A stretch of DNA of 64,000 nucleotides. Source: Proteobacteria bacterium UBA6915. GTDB taxonomy: Bacteria; Pseudomonadota; Gammaproteobacteria; UBA6915. This document shows, piece after piece, positions 38,437 through 48,131 of the stretch. How positions within the stretch are numbered: position 1 is the first letter of the stretch; the number at the start of each line of letters is the position of its first letter. Made by a program: the position numbers and the translations under genes. The notes under the pieces were generated by a model that had not been told where the DNA came from, made no database searches, and worked only from the letters and a program-made list of their open reading frames with translations. The stretch covers positions 2,735 through 66,734 of the forward strand of contig DKAX01000094.1 of NCBI GenBank assembly GCA_002450975.1, given 5' to 3'.

Positions 38437-39198
38437 CTATTGTTTCAGGCGATACCCGGTCTTGAACATCCACCAGACAATAGTCAAACACACTGTCATG
38501 AACAGCAGGATCATCCCCAGACTCAGGCCGACGCTGACATCGGAGATCTCGAAGAAGCTCCAGCGAAAACCGCTCACCAGATAGACCACCGGATTGAACA
38601 GGCTGACGGTCTGCCAGAAGGGGGGCAGCATGTCGATGGTATAAAAACTGCCGCCCAGGAAGACCAGCGGGGTAACCACCAGCAGCGGAATGATTTGTAA
38701 TTTTTCGAAATCCGATGCCCACAGACCGACGATAAAACCGAACAGACTGAAGGTGACACAGGTGAGTACCAGGAAGCCCAGCATCCACAGCGGATGGGCG
38801 ATGCGCATGTCGACGAAGAAGCTGGCGGTGATCAAAATGATAAAGGCAATCAACAACGACTTGGTGGCCGCCGCGCCCACATAGCCGATGACAATCTCGA
38901 CAAAGGACACAGGCGCCGATAAAACCTCATAGATCTGACCGGTGAAGCGCGGGAAGTAGATGCCGAAAGAGGCGTTGGCAATGCTCTGCGACAGGATGGT
39001 CAGCATAATCAGGCCGGGCACGATGAACAGGCCGTAGGAGACCTCCGACACCACATCGATGCGCGAACCGATGGCGGCACCGAACACGACGAAATACAAC
39101 ACCGTCGATAACACCGGCGAGGCAAAGGTCTGCGCCATGGTCTTGAAGGCGCGTTTCATTTCGTATTTATAGATAATGCGCATGGCGTAGACGTTCAT
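38437..39198 (-). CDS. ABC-2 type transporter permease (YadH-like)
   Basis: 253 aa with 6 TM helices. ATGA overlap with the upstream ATPase gene. Confidence 0.8.
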   Translation of the reverse strand: MNVYAMRIIYKYEMKRAFKTMAQTFASPVLSTVLYFVVFGAAIGSRIDVVSEVSYGLFIVPGLIMLTILSQSIANASFGIYFPRFTGQIYEVLSAPVSFVEIVIGYVGAAATKSLLIAFIILITASFFVDMRIAHPLWMLGFLVLTCVTFSLFGFIVGLWASDFEKLQIIPLLVVTPLVFLGGSFYTIDMLPPFWQTVSLFNPVVYLVSGFRWSFFEISDVSVGLSLGMILLFMTVCLTIVWWMFKTGYRLKQ

Positions 39199-40133
39199 GC
39201 CGTGTTCCTCTCTTTGCCCTTGACCAGATTGACGAAGATTTCCTCCAGCGAGGTCTTGATGGTTTGCATGTCTTTGATTATGAGTCCGGTTGCAGCGATA
39301 GCCTTCATCAATTCATCGACACCTGTGTGTGTGTTGTTGGGGTCGTAGGTATAGACCAGACGACTGCCTTCCTCCGCCAGTTCCAGATTAAACCGGGTCA
39401 GTGCAGCCGGTAGCGTGGCTACAGGCGCAGTCAGTTCCACCGCTAACTGGCGCTTACCCAGTTTGTGCATCAAGGTCTGCTTGTCATCCACCACCAGCAA
39501 CTGGCCCTGATTGATCACGCCTACCCGGTCGGCGATGGCCTCGGCCTCCTCGATATAGTGCGTGGTCAAAATGATCGTCACGCCCGATTGGCGCAGGCGC
39601 GCCACCAGCTCCCACATATCTTTGCGCAGCTCCACATCCACACCGGCAGTCGGCTCATCCAGAAACAGGATGACCGGTTCATGCACCAGGGCCTTGGCGA
39701 TCAACACCCGTCGGCGCATGCCGCCCGACAGGTGCATGAGCATCTCATGGCGCTTCTCCCATAGGGTTAGATCCCTGAGTACGCGTTCGAGCAGGGCCGG
39801 ATTGGGTTTCTTACCGAACAGACCGCGACTGAAACAGAGCGTGTCCCACACCGTCTCGAAGGCGCCCAGGGTCAGCTCCTGCGGCACCAGGCCGATGCGC
39901 TCGCGTGCGCTGTGTGCTTGCTTGACGTTGTCAAATCCATCGACAGTCACCGTACCTGCGCTGGCATTGACGATGCCGCAAATTATGGAAATCAACGTGG
40001 TCTTACCCGCGCCGTTGGGCCCGAGCAGGGCCAGGATCTCGCCGCGGCGGATATCCAGGCTGACGTCTTTCAATGCCTGGAAGCCGCCTTCATAGGTCTT
40101 GGATAAATAGGAAATGGAGATTATGGAGTGCAT
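39195..40133 (-). CDS. ABC transporter ATP-binding protein (YadG-like)
   Basis: Walker [10 protein letters not shown], signature LSGGMRRR, Walker [13 protein letters not shown]. Start taken at MHSIISI...; 40139 and 40184 are also possible. Confidence 0.88.
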   Translation of the reverse strand: MHSIISISYLSKTYEGGFQALKDVSLDIRRGEILALLGPNGAGKTTLISIICGIVNASAGTVTVDGFDNVKQAHSARERIGLVPQELTLGAFETVWDTLCFSRGLFGKKPNPALLERVLRDLTLWEKRHEMLMHLSGGMRRRVLIAKALVHEPVILFLDEPTAGVDVELRKDMWELVARLRQSGVTIILTTHYIEEAEAIADRVGVINQGQLLVVDDKQTLMHKLGKRQLAVELTAPVATLPAALTRFNLELAEEGSRLVYTYDPNNTHTGVDELMKAIAATGLIIKDMQTIKTSLEEIFVNLVKGKERNTA

Positions 40134-40374
40134 GGTCATCCTGGGCTGGAGCGTAAAGGTTAGGATAGTATCAGAGTTTGCCACGGTGACGTAATCCCCG
40201 ATGAAATTGGTTTACATTTTGTCAAACGTGTTGCCGCAATGCAGGAAAACCATTCTATTAAAATCCTTCTGCTATTTCTGATTTTTCCTGAAGTCTCCTG
40301 ACACCACGCTGTCAGTAGGGGGTGGTTATAGTCTTGTCTCCATCGCAACGACCACAACCAACGAGGAGAAAATC

Positions 40375-40776
40375 ATGGATCTGCAACTATTGAAAAAAAG
40401 ACACGGTGCCTTCAGCTGGAATGAACTGATGACCAGCGATGTTTCCGGGGCGAAGAGCTTTTATCGTGAAATGTTTGGCTGGAATATGCACGATGACCCC
40501 ATGCCGGAAGGGACCTACACCACGCTCAAGGTGGGTGACAACATGATTGGCGGTATTATGAATATTCCCACCAAGGCAAAGGGTGTGCCGCCTACCTGGG
40601 GCAGTTATGTCACCGTGGACGATGTCGATGCCCAGGTAAAGCGCGCCGAGTCACTGGGTGGCAAGGTCATGGTGCCGCCGCAGGATATCCCCGATGTGGG
40701 CCGCTTTGCCGTGATCAGTGACCCACAAGGTGCTATGCTGAACATCATTACTTATCTCAATCGGGAAATGAACTAA
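40375..40776 (+). CDS. VOC/glyoxalase-family protein
   Basis: 133 aa. FSWNELMTSDVSGAKSFYREMFGW...GRFAVISDPQGA is typical of the family. Confidence 0.75.
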   Translation: MDLQLLKKRHGAFSWNELMTSDVSGAKSFYREMFGWNMHDDPMPEGTYTTLKVGDNMIGGIMNIPTKAKGVPPTWGSYVTVDDVDAQVKRAESLGGKVMVPPQDIPDVGRFAVISDPQGAMLNIITYLNREMN

Positions 40777-40786
40777 GTAAGGCGTC

Positions 40787-41473
40787 ATGGCCAATCGTTA
40801 CTTCACTGAAGAGACTCTCTCGTTCCTGCGGCAGTTGGCCGGCAATAACCGACGCGACTGGTTCGAAGAACACAAGAGCGATTACGAAGTAATGGTGCGC
40901 CAACCGGCCCTGCAGTTCATTACCGATATGGCCGATGATCTGGCTACGCTCACCCCCCACTTTCTGGCCCAGGCCAAAAAGGTGGGGGGCTCTTTGATGC
41001 GTATACACCGTGACGTGCGTTTCGGTACGGACAAGCGTCCCTATAAAACCAATATTGGCATTCAGTTCAGGCATGAAAACGGCAAGGACGTGCACGCACC
41101 CGGATTTTATTTGCACATAGAACCGGACGAGTTTTTTGTCGGTGTCGGTATCTGGCGCCCGGACAGCACGGCGCTGGGTAAGATCCGTGACGTGATAGCC
41201 GAACAGCCGGGCAAATGGCAGCGCGCCATCGGCGGCAAGAGTTTTCAACGTCATTTTGTTCTAAGCGGAGAGTCGCTCAAGCAACCGCCCAGGGGTTACG
41301 ATAAAGAGCATCCGCTGATGGAAGACCTCAAGCGCAAGGATCACATCGCTGTCGCTGCCTTGAAGGCAAAAGAGGTTACCGGTAGGGAGTTTAAAAAACT
41401 GGTATTCGAACGCTTTCTCGCCGCCAATGACTACATGGATTTTCTGTGCAAGGCGTTGGGGCTGCGTTACTGA
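40787..41473 (+). CDS. DUF2461 (TIGR02453) family protein
   Basis: 228 aa. FTEETLSFLRQLAGNNRRDWFEEHKSDYE is the characteristic N-terminus. Confidence 0.8.
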   Translation: MANRYFTEETLSFLRQLAGNNRRDWFEEHKSDYEVMVRQPALQFITDMADDLATLTPHFLAQAKKVGGSLMRIHRDVRFGTDKRPYKTNIGIQFRHENGKDVHAPGFYLHIEPDEFFVGVGIWRPDSTALGKIRDVIAEQPGKWQRAIGGKSFQRHFVLSGESLKQPPRGYDKEHPLMEDLKRKDHIAVAALKAKEVTGREFKKLVFERFLAANDYMDFLCKALGLRY

Positions 41474-41493
41474 ACCGTCGACATAGGATTTAT

Positions 41494-43122
41494 TCAATCC
41501 TGTTCATAAGCGCCAATGGTCCAGGCGTCAGTTCTGGTATGGCTGTCCTTATCTACCGTAAATAAATCGCTGCGCTCCACGCCACCCTCTGAAAGGTCAG
41601 TGCCATTATCGGCTGTCAGGTGCAGGTCCAGGTTGGTGAGGTCTTTATAGACAGGGGTGACTGAGATACTGCCATTGCTATCAATGCCCAGTTGTGTGGC
41701 GATATCGGCAAAGTTGCTGAAGTAACTGTATTTGACCCCTTCTAGGAATCGGGCCATGCTGGTGCAACCGGTAAAATTGTTGTTAGTCAACGAAGTGGGG
41801 TAGATGCTATCCGGACCGACCTCATCCAGGCAATAATCGGTACCCGTGGAGTGCAGGATATTGTTCTGCAAAAGGACGGCCACGTCCGTCAACAAGACAG
41901 GTTTGGCGGCGTAGAAGGTGTTGTTGACAATCCTGGTGCCTTCGGTGGAGCCGTAATACACGCGCAGCGCTATGTCACTGCTGCCGCCGGTAATGACGAT
42001 CACGTTATTGAATATATCCACACCGAACACGTCACCGGTAAGGATGCCGTTAGTGCCATTTTTGCTGCTGGTGCCATGGATAAAGTTTCTGCTGACCAGC
42101 GCACGGCTGTCCCACTCGACACTGATGCCATAGGCGGAATTACTGCCGCTGCCGGTCACCACCTCGTTGTCTTCGATAATCGCGTGATCGACCAGGGTCA
42201 GTGATAAGGCCGTGTTTGCCGCCTGTGTCGACGATTCCGTAGTGAGCAGGTTATTGCGCACGGTGATGTCCGTAACGCCCCAGATAAAGAGGACACTTTC
42301 ACCGATGCCGGAATCGATTTGAAATCCGTCGATCACCACTGGCGTGGTCAGGCTAGCTGCGCGCACGGGAAAACCCACCGCGGTATTGTTGATCCGGCTG
42401 GTGTGGGCGTCGCGGTCACGTGCTGACCAGTCCGCCGCATAGCTGCCATACAATGACACGTTGTCCATCATCTCAACGCGGTTGCCGTTTTTTCTGCCAT
42501 CGACTTCATAGGTGCCTTCGGCCACCAATACCGAGGCCTCGGCGAAACTATTATTGGCATAAGCGATGGCCGCCTGGATGCTGGCAAAGGGGGCGCCGCG
42601 GGTTCCGGTGCTATCGTCACTGGCGGCCGGGTCATCTATGCTCACGTATACCGTGGCGATGTCATAGGAATATTGCGCCGTCTCTAATTGCATGCCGCTG
42701 GCATCGGCGATTCCCACGACCAGTGTTCTGTCTTTGCCGCTATGCCAGATGGAGGTCGGTGATACTTGCAGCGTCTTGTCGTCGGGCCAGACAGCGGCGG
42801 CGGCCTCCTTGGCCAGATCACCACCAAGGACCAGCGATTGCGTGTCTACCGATGCGGAAAACACGATGGTAATCGAATCGCTATTGCCTAAGCGAACAGA
42901 TTCAGGTGACGGCGTATTTGCACCTGGAGTTGTGGGACTGGTGTCAACCGGTGGTAAAAGCTCGTTATCGTCCTGACTATCCTGGGGAGGGGGTGGTTGC
43001 AGCGTCTCTTTAGTATCCTCCTCAACAGAATCAGTGCAGGCGACGGATAACAGGCCTGCTGCCAGTATCATCGCGGCCAGCAAAATTTGAGTAACACCTG
43101 TTGATCTATCATGATTCTGCAT
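41494..43122 (-). CDS. Right-handed parallel beta-helix repeat lipoprotein
   Basis: ATG at 43122 is preceded by GGAGG. Lipobox LLSVAC. Pro/Asp-rich linker, Ig-like segment, then repeated ...N.I... beta-helix rungs (VRNNLL, IEDNEV, SRNFI, IFNNVI, IVNNTF, LQNNIL). Confidence 0.75.
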   Translation of the reverse strand: MQNHDRSTGVTQILLAAMILAAGLLSVACTDSVEEDTKETLQPPPPQDSQDDNELLPPVDTSPTTPGANTPSPESVRLGNSDSITIVFSASVDTQSLVLGGDLAKEAAAAVWPDDKTLQVSPTSIWHSGKDRTLVVGIADASGMQLETAQYSYDIATVYVSIDDPAASDDSTGTRGAPFASIQAAIAYANNSFAEASVLVAEGTYEVDGRKNGNRVEMMDNVSLYGSYAADWSARDRDAHTSRINNTAVGFPVRAASLTTPVVIDGFQIDSGIGESVLFIWGVTDITVRNNLLTTESSTQAANTALSLTLVDHAIIEDNEVVTGSGSNSAYGISVEWDSRALVSRNFIHGTSSKNGTNGILTGDVFGVDIFNNVIVITGGSSDIALRVYYGSTEGTRIVNNTFYAAKPVLLTDVAVLLQNNILHSTGTDYCLDEVGPDSIYPTSLTNNNFTGCTSMARFLEGVKYSYFSNFADIATQLGIDSNGSISVTPVYKDLTNLDLHLTADNGTDLSEGGVERSDLFTVDKDSHTRTDAWTIGAYEQD

Positions 43123-43274
43123 CGGTTCTTTCCCTCCTGGAACACGGGCATACGGCTCCGAGAGGTATTCTAACCGTCCCGGTCCGGTACACAAACCCTC
43201 CTAGACGTTACAGCAGTCAGAGTTTTTAAAGTTCGTCCTCACTGAATGCAGGGGTTCACCAATGAGATAAAAAA

Positions 43275-43436
43275 GGGCAGGCAACACCAATCGCGTCCCC
43301 CGCCCTTGTCGCTCCCTAGATACCCTTACAGGTTCGGCAAGGTCGCCTTCAAGGCATCGAGCAATCCCTGATAGCTGCCGACGGTATCGGGAAGGCCTCC
43401 GGGCTGTAGAGGTCGGCGACGAAGGGTATCTTCTGA
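43275..43436 (-). pseudogene. Remnant of the 3' end (plus terminator hairpin) of a paralogue of MBL gene 44492..46099
   Basis: Collinear nucleotide match to 44441-44700 with a ~97-nt internal deletion. It retains VGSYQGLLDALKATLPNL* versus VGSYQGFVDAVKATFPNL* in the intact gene. Confidence 0.85.
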
Positions 43437-43444
43437 AGGAATAC

Positions 43445-43586
43445 CTTAAGCGCAAAGGTCACATCGCCGTTGCTGTCTTAAAAAATAGGTTACAGGTAGG
43501 GAGTTTAAAAAGTGGGTGTGCGCACGCTTCCTCGCCGCCAATGACTACATGGATTTTCTGTGCAAGGCCTTGGGGCTACCCTACTG
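43445..43586 (+). pseudogene. Remnant of the last ~49 codons of the DUF2461 gene
   Basis: Near-identical to 41327-41473 (e.g. ctcgccgccaatgactacatggattttctgtgcaagg). A 4-nt deletion breaks the frame. The stop codon is at the homologous position. Confidence 0.88.
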
Positions 43587-43795
43587 ACAGTGCGGACTGG
43601 CGCTTGTCTGTAGGCCAAAAAGGTCCAATGTTCTCTCTGTCCCCCGTGTGTTTTTTTCGCCTACAGGGAAGTAGGTTTCGGCCCTGCATAGAGGTATGCT
43701 ATTTCCAGCGTCTCAGGCTATTTAGTGCATCGTCAGTTGCAAGGTCTGCAGACGCGGCATCATAGTTGGTCAAGAGCCAGGCTCGGGAGGTCAAT

Positions 43796-44374
43796 ATGAC
43801 GGTGGAAAAATCATATAAATGGATAGGCGTATTGAGTTTTCTGTTGTTGGTCAGTCACGAGGTCGACGCTGACGCTGACTGGTATGTGGGTGTGGCCGTG
43901 CCGTTTCAAGGGGTGGGAATTTATGAGACACAGGATCAAAAGGTGCTGGTATGGAATTTGACACCTTTTTCAATCGAGCGACCTATAAAATCTTCCTGGG
44001 GCGGACGCTTTTCGGTGTATACGGTTTATTCCACACCCAAACCAAAGCGTATTCAGGAATTTGAATTTAATCTGGAGTTTCCCTTCTACTTCGGTAACGA
44101 CACCAGAGAGACACTGTTAGGTTGGTATGTGGGACCTATGGCCATGGTGCAATTTCAAGATCAGGACAGCGACGCGACACTGGGCGGGCCGGGTGTCACG
44201 GTAGGTTATCGTGGTCAGCTTACCCAGCAACTCTGGTTCCGCATCGGCAGTTATTTTGCCTATCACACTCACCTGTTCGGTCCCACCGAAAAACTGCGCG
44301 AGATCACCGGCGGCAGTACCTCGGGAGGATTGTTTATGGGGTTGACGATGTTTGAGGTGGGAAAGGTGTTTTAA
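43796..44374 (+). CDS. Small OMP-like beta-barrel protein
   Basis: ATG at 43796 follows GGGAGG. Signal-like KWIGVLSFLLLVSHEVDA. Alternating strands and C-terminal ...FEVGKVF. Confidence 0.55.
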   Translation: MTVEKSYKWIGVLSFLLLVSHEVDADADWYVGVAVPFQGVGIYETQDQKVLVWNLTPFSIERPIKSSWGGRFSVYTVYSTPKPKRIQEFEFNLEFPFYFGNDTRETLLGWYVGPMAMVQFQDQDSDATLGGPGVTVGYRGQLTQQLWFRIGSYFAYHTHLFGPTEKLREITGGSTSGGLFMGLTMFEVGKVF

Positions 44375-44440
44375 AGGTACATTTGGTAGGGCGAGAAAAA
44401 CGGTTTTTGGGAAAACGAGTCTGACGCTTTATATATAGAT

Positions 44441-44471
44441 GGGCGGGTGACGCCAAACGCGTCACCCGCCC
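44441..44471. terminator. Strong hairpin between convergent genes (terminator candidate)
   Basis: 13-bp stem GGGCGGGTGACGC / GCGTCACCCGCCC with a 5-nt loop. The flanking T-runs are poor. Confidence 0.55.
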
Positions 44472-44491
44472 TGGTCACTCCTTTGATTTCC

Positions 44492-46099
44492 TTACAGGTT
44501 AGGGAAAGTCGCCTTCACAGCATCGACAAATCCCTGATAGCTGCCGACACCGCCGTGGGCACCGACCATGGTCTGAATATCCAGGCCGCGGGTCTGCAGG
44601 TCGTTATACAGGTCCAGACTCCAATAGGAGAACTGTGCAGGTAGCGGTACCGGGAAGGCCTCCGGGCTGTAAAGATCGGCCACAAACAACATCTTCTGGT
44701 CTTCGATATAGGGCGCGACCAGTCCAGGCGCATGACGGTTGTCGATCTGTAACAACTGTACCTTGCGCTGACCATCGTCGAGGACATAAGTCTCGCCGTC
44801 ATTGATCTCCAACAGACGCGCCTCTTTATGCAATAGCGACAACAGATCGGGATAGATCTCATGTCTGGCCTTGAGCACATCCTTGTAGTAGCGCTTGTTG
44901 GCCTCGGTGGTCACCAGCCTGGCACCATCGGCAACATAACCGCGCACACCGCCGCTGTGATCTACATGAAAGTGTGTTGGCACCACATACTTGATCGGCT
45001 TGTCCGGCCAACGCTGTTTGATCAGCGGCAACACCAACTGCGTGCGTTCCTCCATCAATACCGGATCGAACACGATCAGGTAATCGGCCATCTCGACGAT
45101 AAGCGAGTGGTGGGTATAACCCTGCAGGTAAAACACACCGTTGCCCACCGGATAGAGAAACACCGACTCATTGCTGAATTGATTCAGATCAAAGGGGATG
45201 CCGACCAGCGCATAGCGATGAAACCAGTGTGAATACTTCAGACCCAGGTCGAACAGCTTCCGATCCAGGGGCACGGTCAGCGCCGCCGGTACCTGGAACG
45301 GGTCCTGGATAAACCGGGCGTCGAAGCTCACCGATAGACGGCTGATGTCGATCAGCAGGTTATCCTCGTCCGATTGCGTGACGGACATGGGCACCTGAAT
45401 GCCATCGGCCTCCTGCCAATCCCCATAGCGTGTTTCGATCTGGCTATCACCCCGGCCCGGATTGGAATCCCAATAGGTCGCCTTCAGCGGTAGATGCGTG
45501 GCGTTGTCCACCCACAGCAACACCTCCTTACCGTAGCGCTTCACCCCCAACACTGAGACATCGCCGCGGCGTGAATCGCGACTGCCGTGGAAGACCACCT
45601 CCCGCGGCGCCGCCAGCATCGCCTTGACCACCTCTACCGGCGAGGTGACAAAGTGATTCACCTTACGCGCCGCCAGACGAATGGGCTGCATGGGCGCTTG
45701 CGGCAGTTGCAGAATATTGTCGACACCGATGACCGCGCCGGCATCACCGTTGATGATCTCCTGATAGTCATAGGAGGTCTGCAGTGGAAAATCGATATCG
45801 ACCTGCCAGTGGGTGCGATAGTGTTCGCCGTCCAGGGCGCGGGTGATCTGGTATTGCAGGCGGTCGAACTTTTCCGGCACACCGCCCGGCGTTGCTGCCT
45901 GCAAGGGGGCGCAGCCGGTCAGATTGGCCGATACCATCTGGTTTTGCGCGCTGCGCAGCCGGTCTACACCGCCCATGGCTTCGGCCACTTGGCGTATCAC
46001 ATCGTCCGCCGGATCGGCCAGGGCTGGGGTGGCCGTAGTCAGTGAAAACGTTGTGAGAAATAGACCGCCCAGGGCGGCGTGTTTACTAATGCGTGTCAT
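44492..46099 (-). CDS. Secreted MBL-fold metallo-hydrolase with N-terminal accessory domain
   Basis: 535 aa with an AAGGAG RBS and a signal peptide ending PALA. HFHVDHSGG (HxHxDH) is present. Confidence 0.8.
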   Translation of the reverse strand: MTRISKHAALGGLFLTTFSLTTATPALADPADDVIRQVAEAMGGVDRLRSAQNQMVSANLTGCAPLQAATPGGVPEKFDRLQYQITRALDGEHYRTHWQVDIDFPLQTSYDYQEIINGDAGAVIGVDNILQLPQAPMQPIRLAARKVNHFVTSPVEVVKAMLAAPREVVFHGSRDSRRGDVSVLGVKRYGKEVLLWVDNATHLPLKATYWDSNPGRGDSQIETRYGDWQEADGIQVPMSVTQSDEDNLLIDISRLSVSFDARFIQDPFQVPAALTVPLDRKLFDLGLKYSHWFHRYALVGIPFDLNQFSNESVFLYPVGNGVFYLQGYTHHSLIVEMADYLIVFDPVLMEERTQLVLPLIKQRWPDKPIKYVVPTHFHVDHSGGVRGYVADGARLVTTEANKRYYKDVLKARHEIYPDLLSLLHKEARLLEINDGETYVLDDGQRKVQLLQIDNRHAPGLVAPYIEDQKMLFVADLYSPEAFPVPLPAQFSYWSLDLYNDLQTRGLDIQTMVGAHGGVGSYQGFVDAVKATFPNL

Positions 46100-46191
46100 G
46101 CTTGTCTCCTTTGTTGGTTATGGCTCCGTGTGCCCCGCCCCGGCCAAAGGCGGGACCACGGATATTTACGTCCTACTGATGCGCATAGGTT

Positions 46192-46225
46192 GGAACGATC
46201 ATTCCAACTTGGACCGATCATTCCA
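46192..46225. promoter_or_regulatory. Direct repeat GGA(A/C)CGATCATTCCA x2 in the divergent MBL/TetR intergenic region (candidate operator)
   Basis: 15-mers at 46192-46206 and 46211-46225 differ at one position and are spaced 19 nt start to start. Confidence 0.4.
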
Positions 46226-46348
46226 GTTTTGCTACACTGTGTCAAGCATTTAGGCCGGAGAGTGATGGCGCACCTATTTTATTGATTTATAATGACGTGC
46301 AGATTTTGGCTTTTTTGTTGGGTTTAGGCAGGGAAAAACGGCACGGCG

Positions 46349-46939
46349 ATGGCAGGTCCACACAAACAATTCGATACCGATGCGGCGCTGGGCAGGGCGC
46401 TGGAGGTCTTCTGGCGTCAGGGTTTTGAGCTGACCTCTATCCAGGATCTGGTTCAGGGTATGGGTATCAACCGCGCCAGTCTGTATGACACCTTCGGCAA
46501 CAAGACCGATCTGTACCAAAAGGCCTTGCAGCGCTACATCGACCGCGCCCTGGACAAGAGCCGCAAGCTGCTGCTTGACAGTCCGGGCAGCGTCGCCGAT
46601 CGACTGCAGAACTACTTCCTCGCCATGAATGCGGAACACAAACAAGGCGAACTTCACTTCGGCTGCTTCCTCAACAACACCGCAGTCGAACTCGGTCCCC
46701 ACCACCCGCTGTTCGCTCAACAGGTACGCAGTGCCTGGAGCGAAATGGAGTCTCTGTTTCGCACACTGCTGGACGAGGGCGTGGCAAAGGGCGAGTTGCC
46801 CCCCAGTCTGAACACCGCCGCCATCGCCGCCACCATCAACATGATGTTGCAAGGCATCAGCGTCATGGCAAAGGCCGGTGTGCCGGAAGAGCAACTGGGT
46901 CAGATCATCGGTACGGTGATGGGGTTGTTGGCGGGCTAG
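46349..46939 (+). CDS. TetR/AcrR-family transcriptional regulator
   Basis: 196 aa with N-terminal HTH (FWRQGFELTSIQDLVQGMGINRASLYDTFGNK). Confidence 0.88.
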   Translation: MAGPHKQFDTDAALGRALEVFWRQGFELTSIQDLVQGMGINRASLYDTFGNKTDLYQKALQRYIDRALDKSRKLLLDSPGSVADRLQNYFLAMNAEHKQGELHFGCFLNNTAVELGPHHPLFAQQVRSAWSEMESLFRTLLDEGVAKGELPPSLNTAAIAATINMMLQGISVMAKAGVPEEQLGQIIGTVMGLLAG

Positions 46940-47167
46940 TTTTGTTGCGAGTCTGATCTATTGTGGCTAGTCCCAGACCCCGCTTTTGCCCACGGCCATC
47001 GATCGCCCTTTGCAGTAGGGGCAGGTGAGCGGTGTGGTTACTTCCAGATCAATGAGTTTAAGCCTGCGGCTACGGCAACCGTCGCAGCGGTTTTTCTTGG
47101 CAGCCTTTCACGCTGCTGATTCCTTTGCGCACGTCGTATTGGTAAAACGCGTACGATACCCGATGCC

Positions 47168-47632
47168 TCACAACCAGCGCCTGGTGGACTTGCAGTACTC
47201 TCGATAGGCGTCACCAAATTTTAGTGTCATGTGGGCCTCCTCACGAGGAAGGATCTTGCCGATAAGTATAAAAAACAAAACTATCCCCGCCAATGCCAGC
47301 CAGACGGAGTTATTGATTAATCCCAAAGAGGGAAACAGGAACACTGAGGACAGATAAATTGGATTGCGGCTGTATTTGAAAGGGCCGTGACTAAGAAGCA
47401 GCGTCGCCGCTTTTCTCGCATCCACATTGCTGCCAGACTTTTTCATTGTCGCCATGGTCCACAATAGCAAAGCAAGTGAACAGCTGAGCAACACCCAGCC
47501 TGCAATAGAAAGTATCGCACCCTCGCCAATCCGCCAAGGACTTACATAGTTCAAGTAAAAACCTGCTATCAATAGCGTAACCATGTAAACAGGTGGGATA
47601 ACTCTTATTCCGGTATGGTCGACAGAACTCAT
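47168..47632 (-). CDS. Isoprenylcysteine carboxyl methyltransferase (ICMT)/phospholipid methyltransferase-family membrane protein
   Basis: 154 aa and polytopic. GPFKYSRNPIYLS and EEAHMTLKFGDAYREYCKSTRRW are typical of the family. Confidence 0.78.
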   Translation of the reverse strand: MSSVDHTGIRVIPPVYMVTLLIAGFYLNYVSPWRIGEGAILSIAGWVLLSCSLALLLWTMATMKKSGSNVDARKAATLLLSHGPFKYSRNPIYLSSVFLFPSLGLINNSVWLALAGIVLFFILIGKILPREEAHMTLKFGDAYREYCKSTRRWL

Positions 47633-47986
47633 TAATCGTGATACCTCATGCGTATTTGTATTTCATTGATGCCAGACGACAATGTGATGACACATTGATC
47701 ATAATCCGGCGGCCCAAACTTGCCATCAATATTATTGGAAACGCCTGTCCCCTCAACCGGTAACAGCAACCACTTTACATCAAGCTCGCCATCATTATCC
47801 TCATCGTGAATCACCGTTACCACCACGTTAGCCGGCTTCAGGTTTTTAAAAACCACCTTGGCCTTGTCGCCATCTATGTGGGCGCGGACTTTTCCGATGG
47901 CTCGCCTCTCGTCGCCAGGGTAACCCTCCTTTTTGTCAAACAGCAGCGGCCGGTAATAGCAGGAGTGTCAAGATCAGTCTAATCAT
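47632..47986 (-). pseudogene. DUF2141-like secreted protein with a disrupted 5' end
   Basis: The DUF2141 core (LLFDKKEGYPG...VFKNLKPANVVVTVIHDEDNDGELD...GVSNN...GPPDYDQ) is open from 47967 with no start codon before the track's GTG at 47856. A signal peptide MIRLILTLLLLPAAAV (ATG 47986) sits in another frame and ends at a TGA. Confidence 0.55.
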
Positions 47987-48131
47987 CTGCGAATTCCTTG
48001 CGCTGTATTGTGCTTTGCACCATGATAGGCCTAACTTGAAATTGCTCGAGAACAATTTCATCAATGGTCCATTTTTATTCTCGAACGGTCCATGTTACAT
48101 ACATGTTTCACAAATTGTGAGGTCATAAACG

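Noticed and set aside
43201-43765. Track ORFs 43201..43455 (-) and 43541..43765 (+)
   Set aside because: Both run through the pseudogene remnants in the wrong frames (for example MTTWIFCARPWGYPTD is an out-of-frame reading of ...NDYMDFLCKALG...). They are better explained as duplication debris.
46274-46894. 206-aa ORF antisense to the TetR gene
   Set aside because: The TetR frame has a clear HTH. The antisense frame has no RBS or family resemblance.
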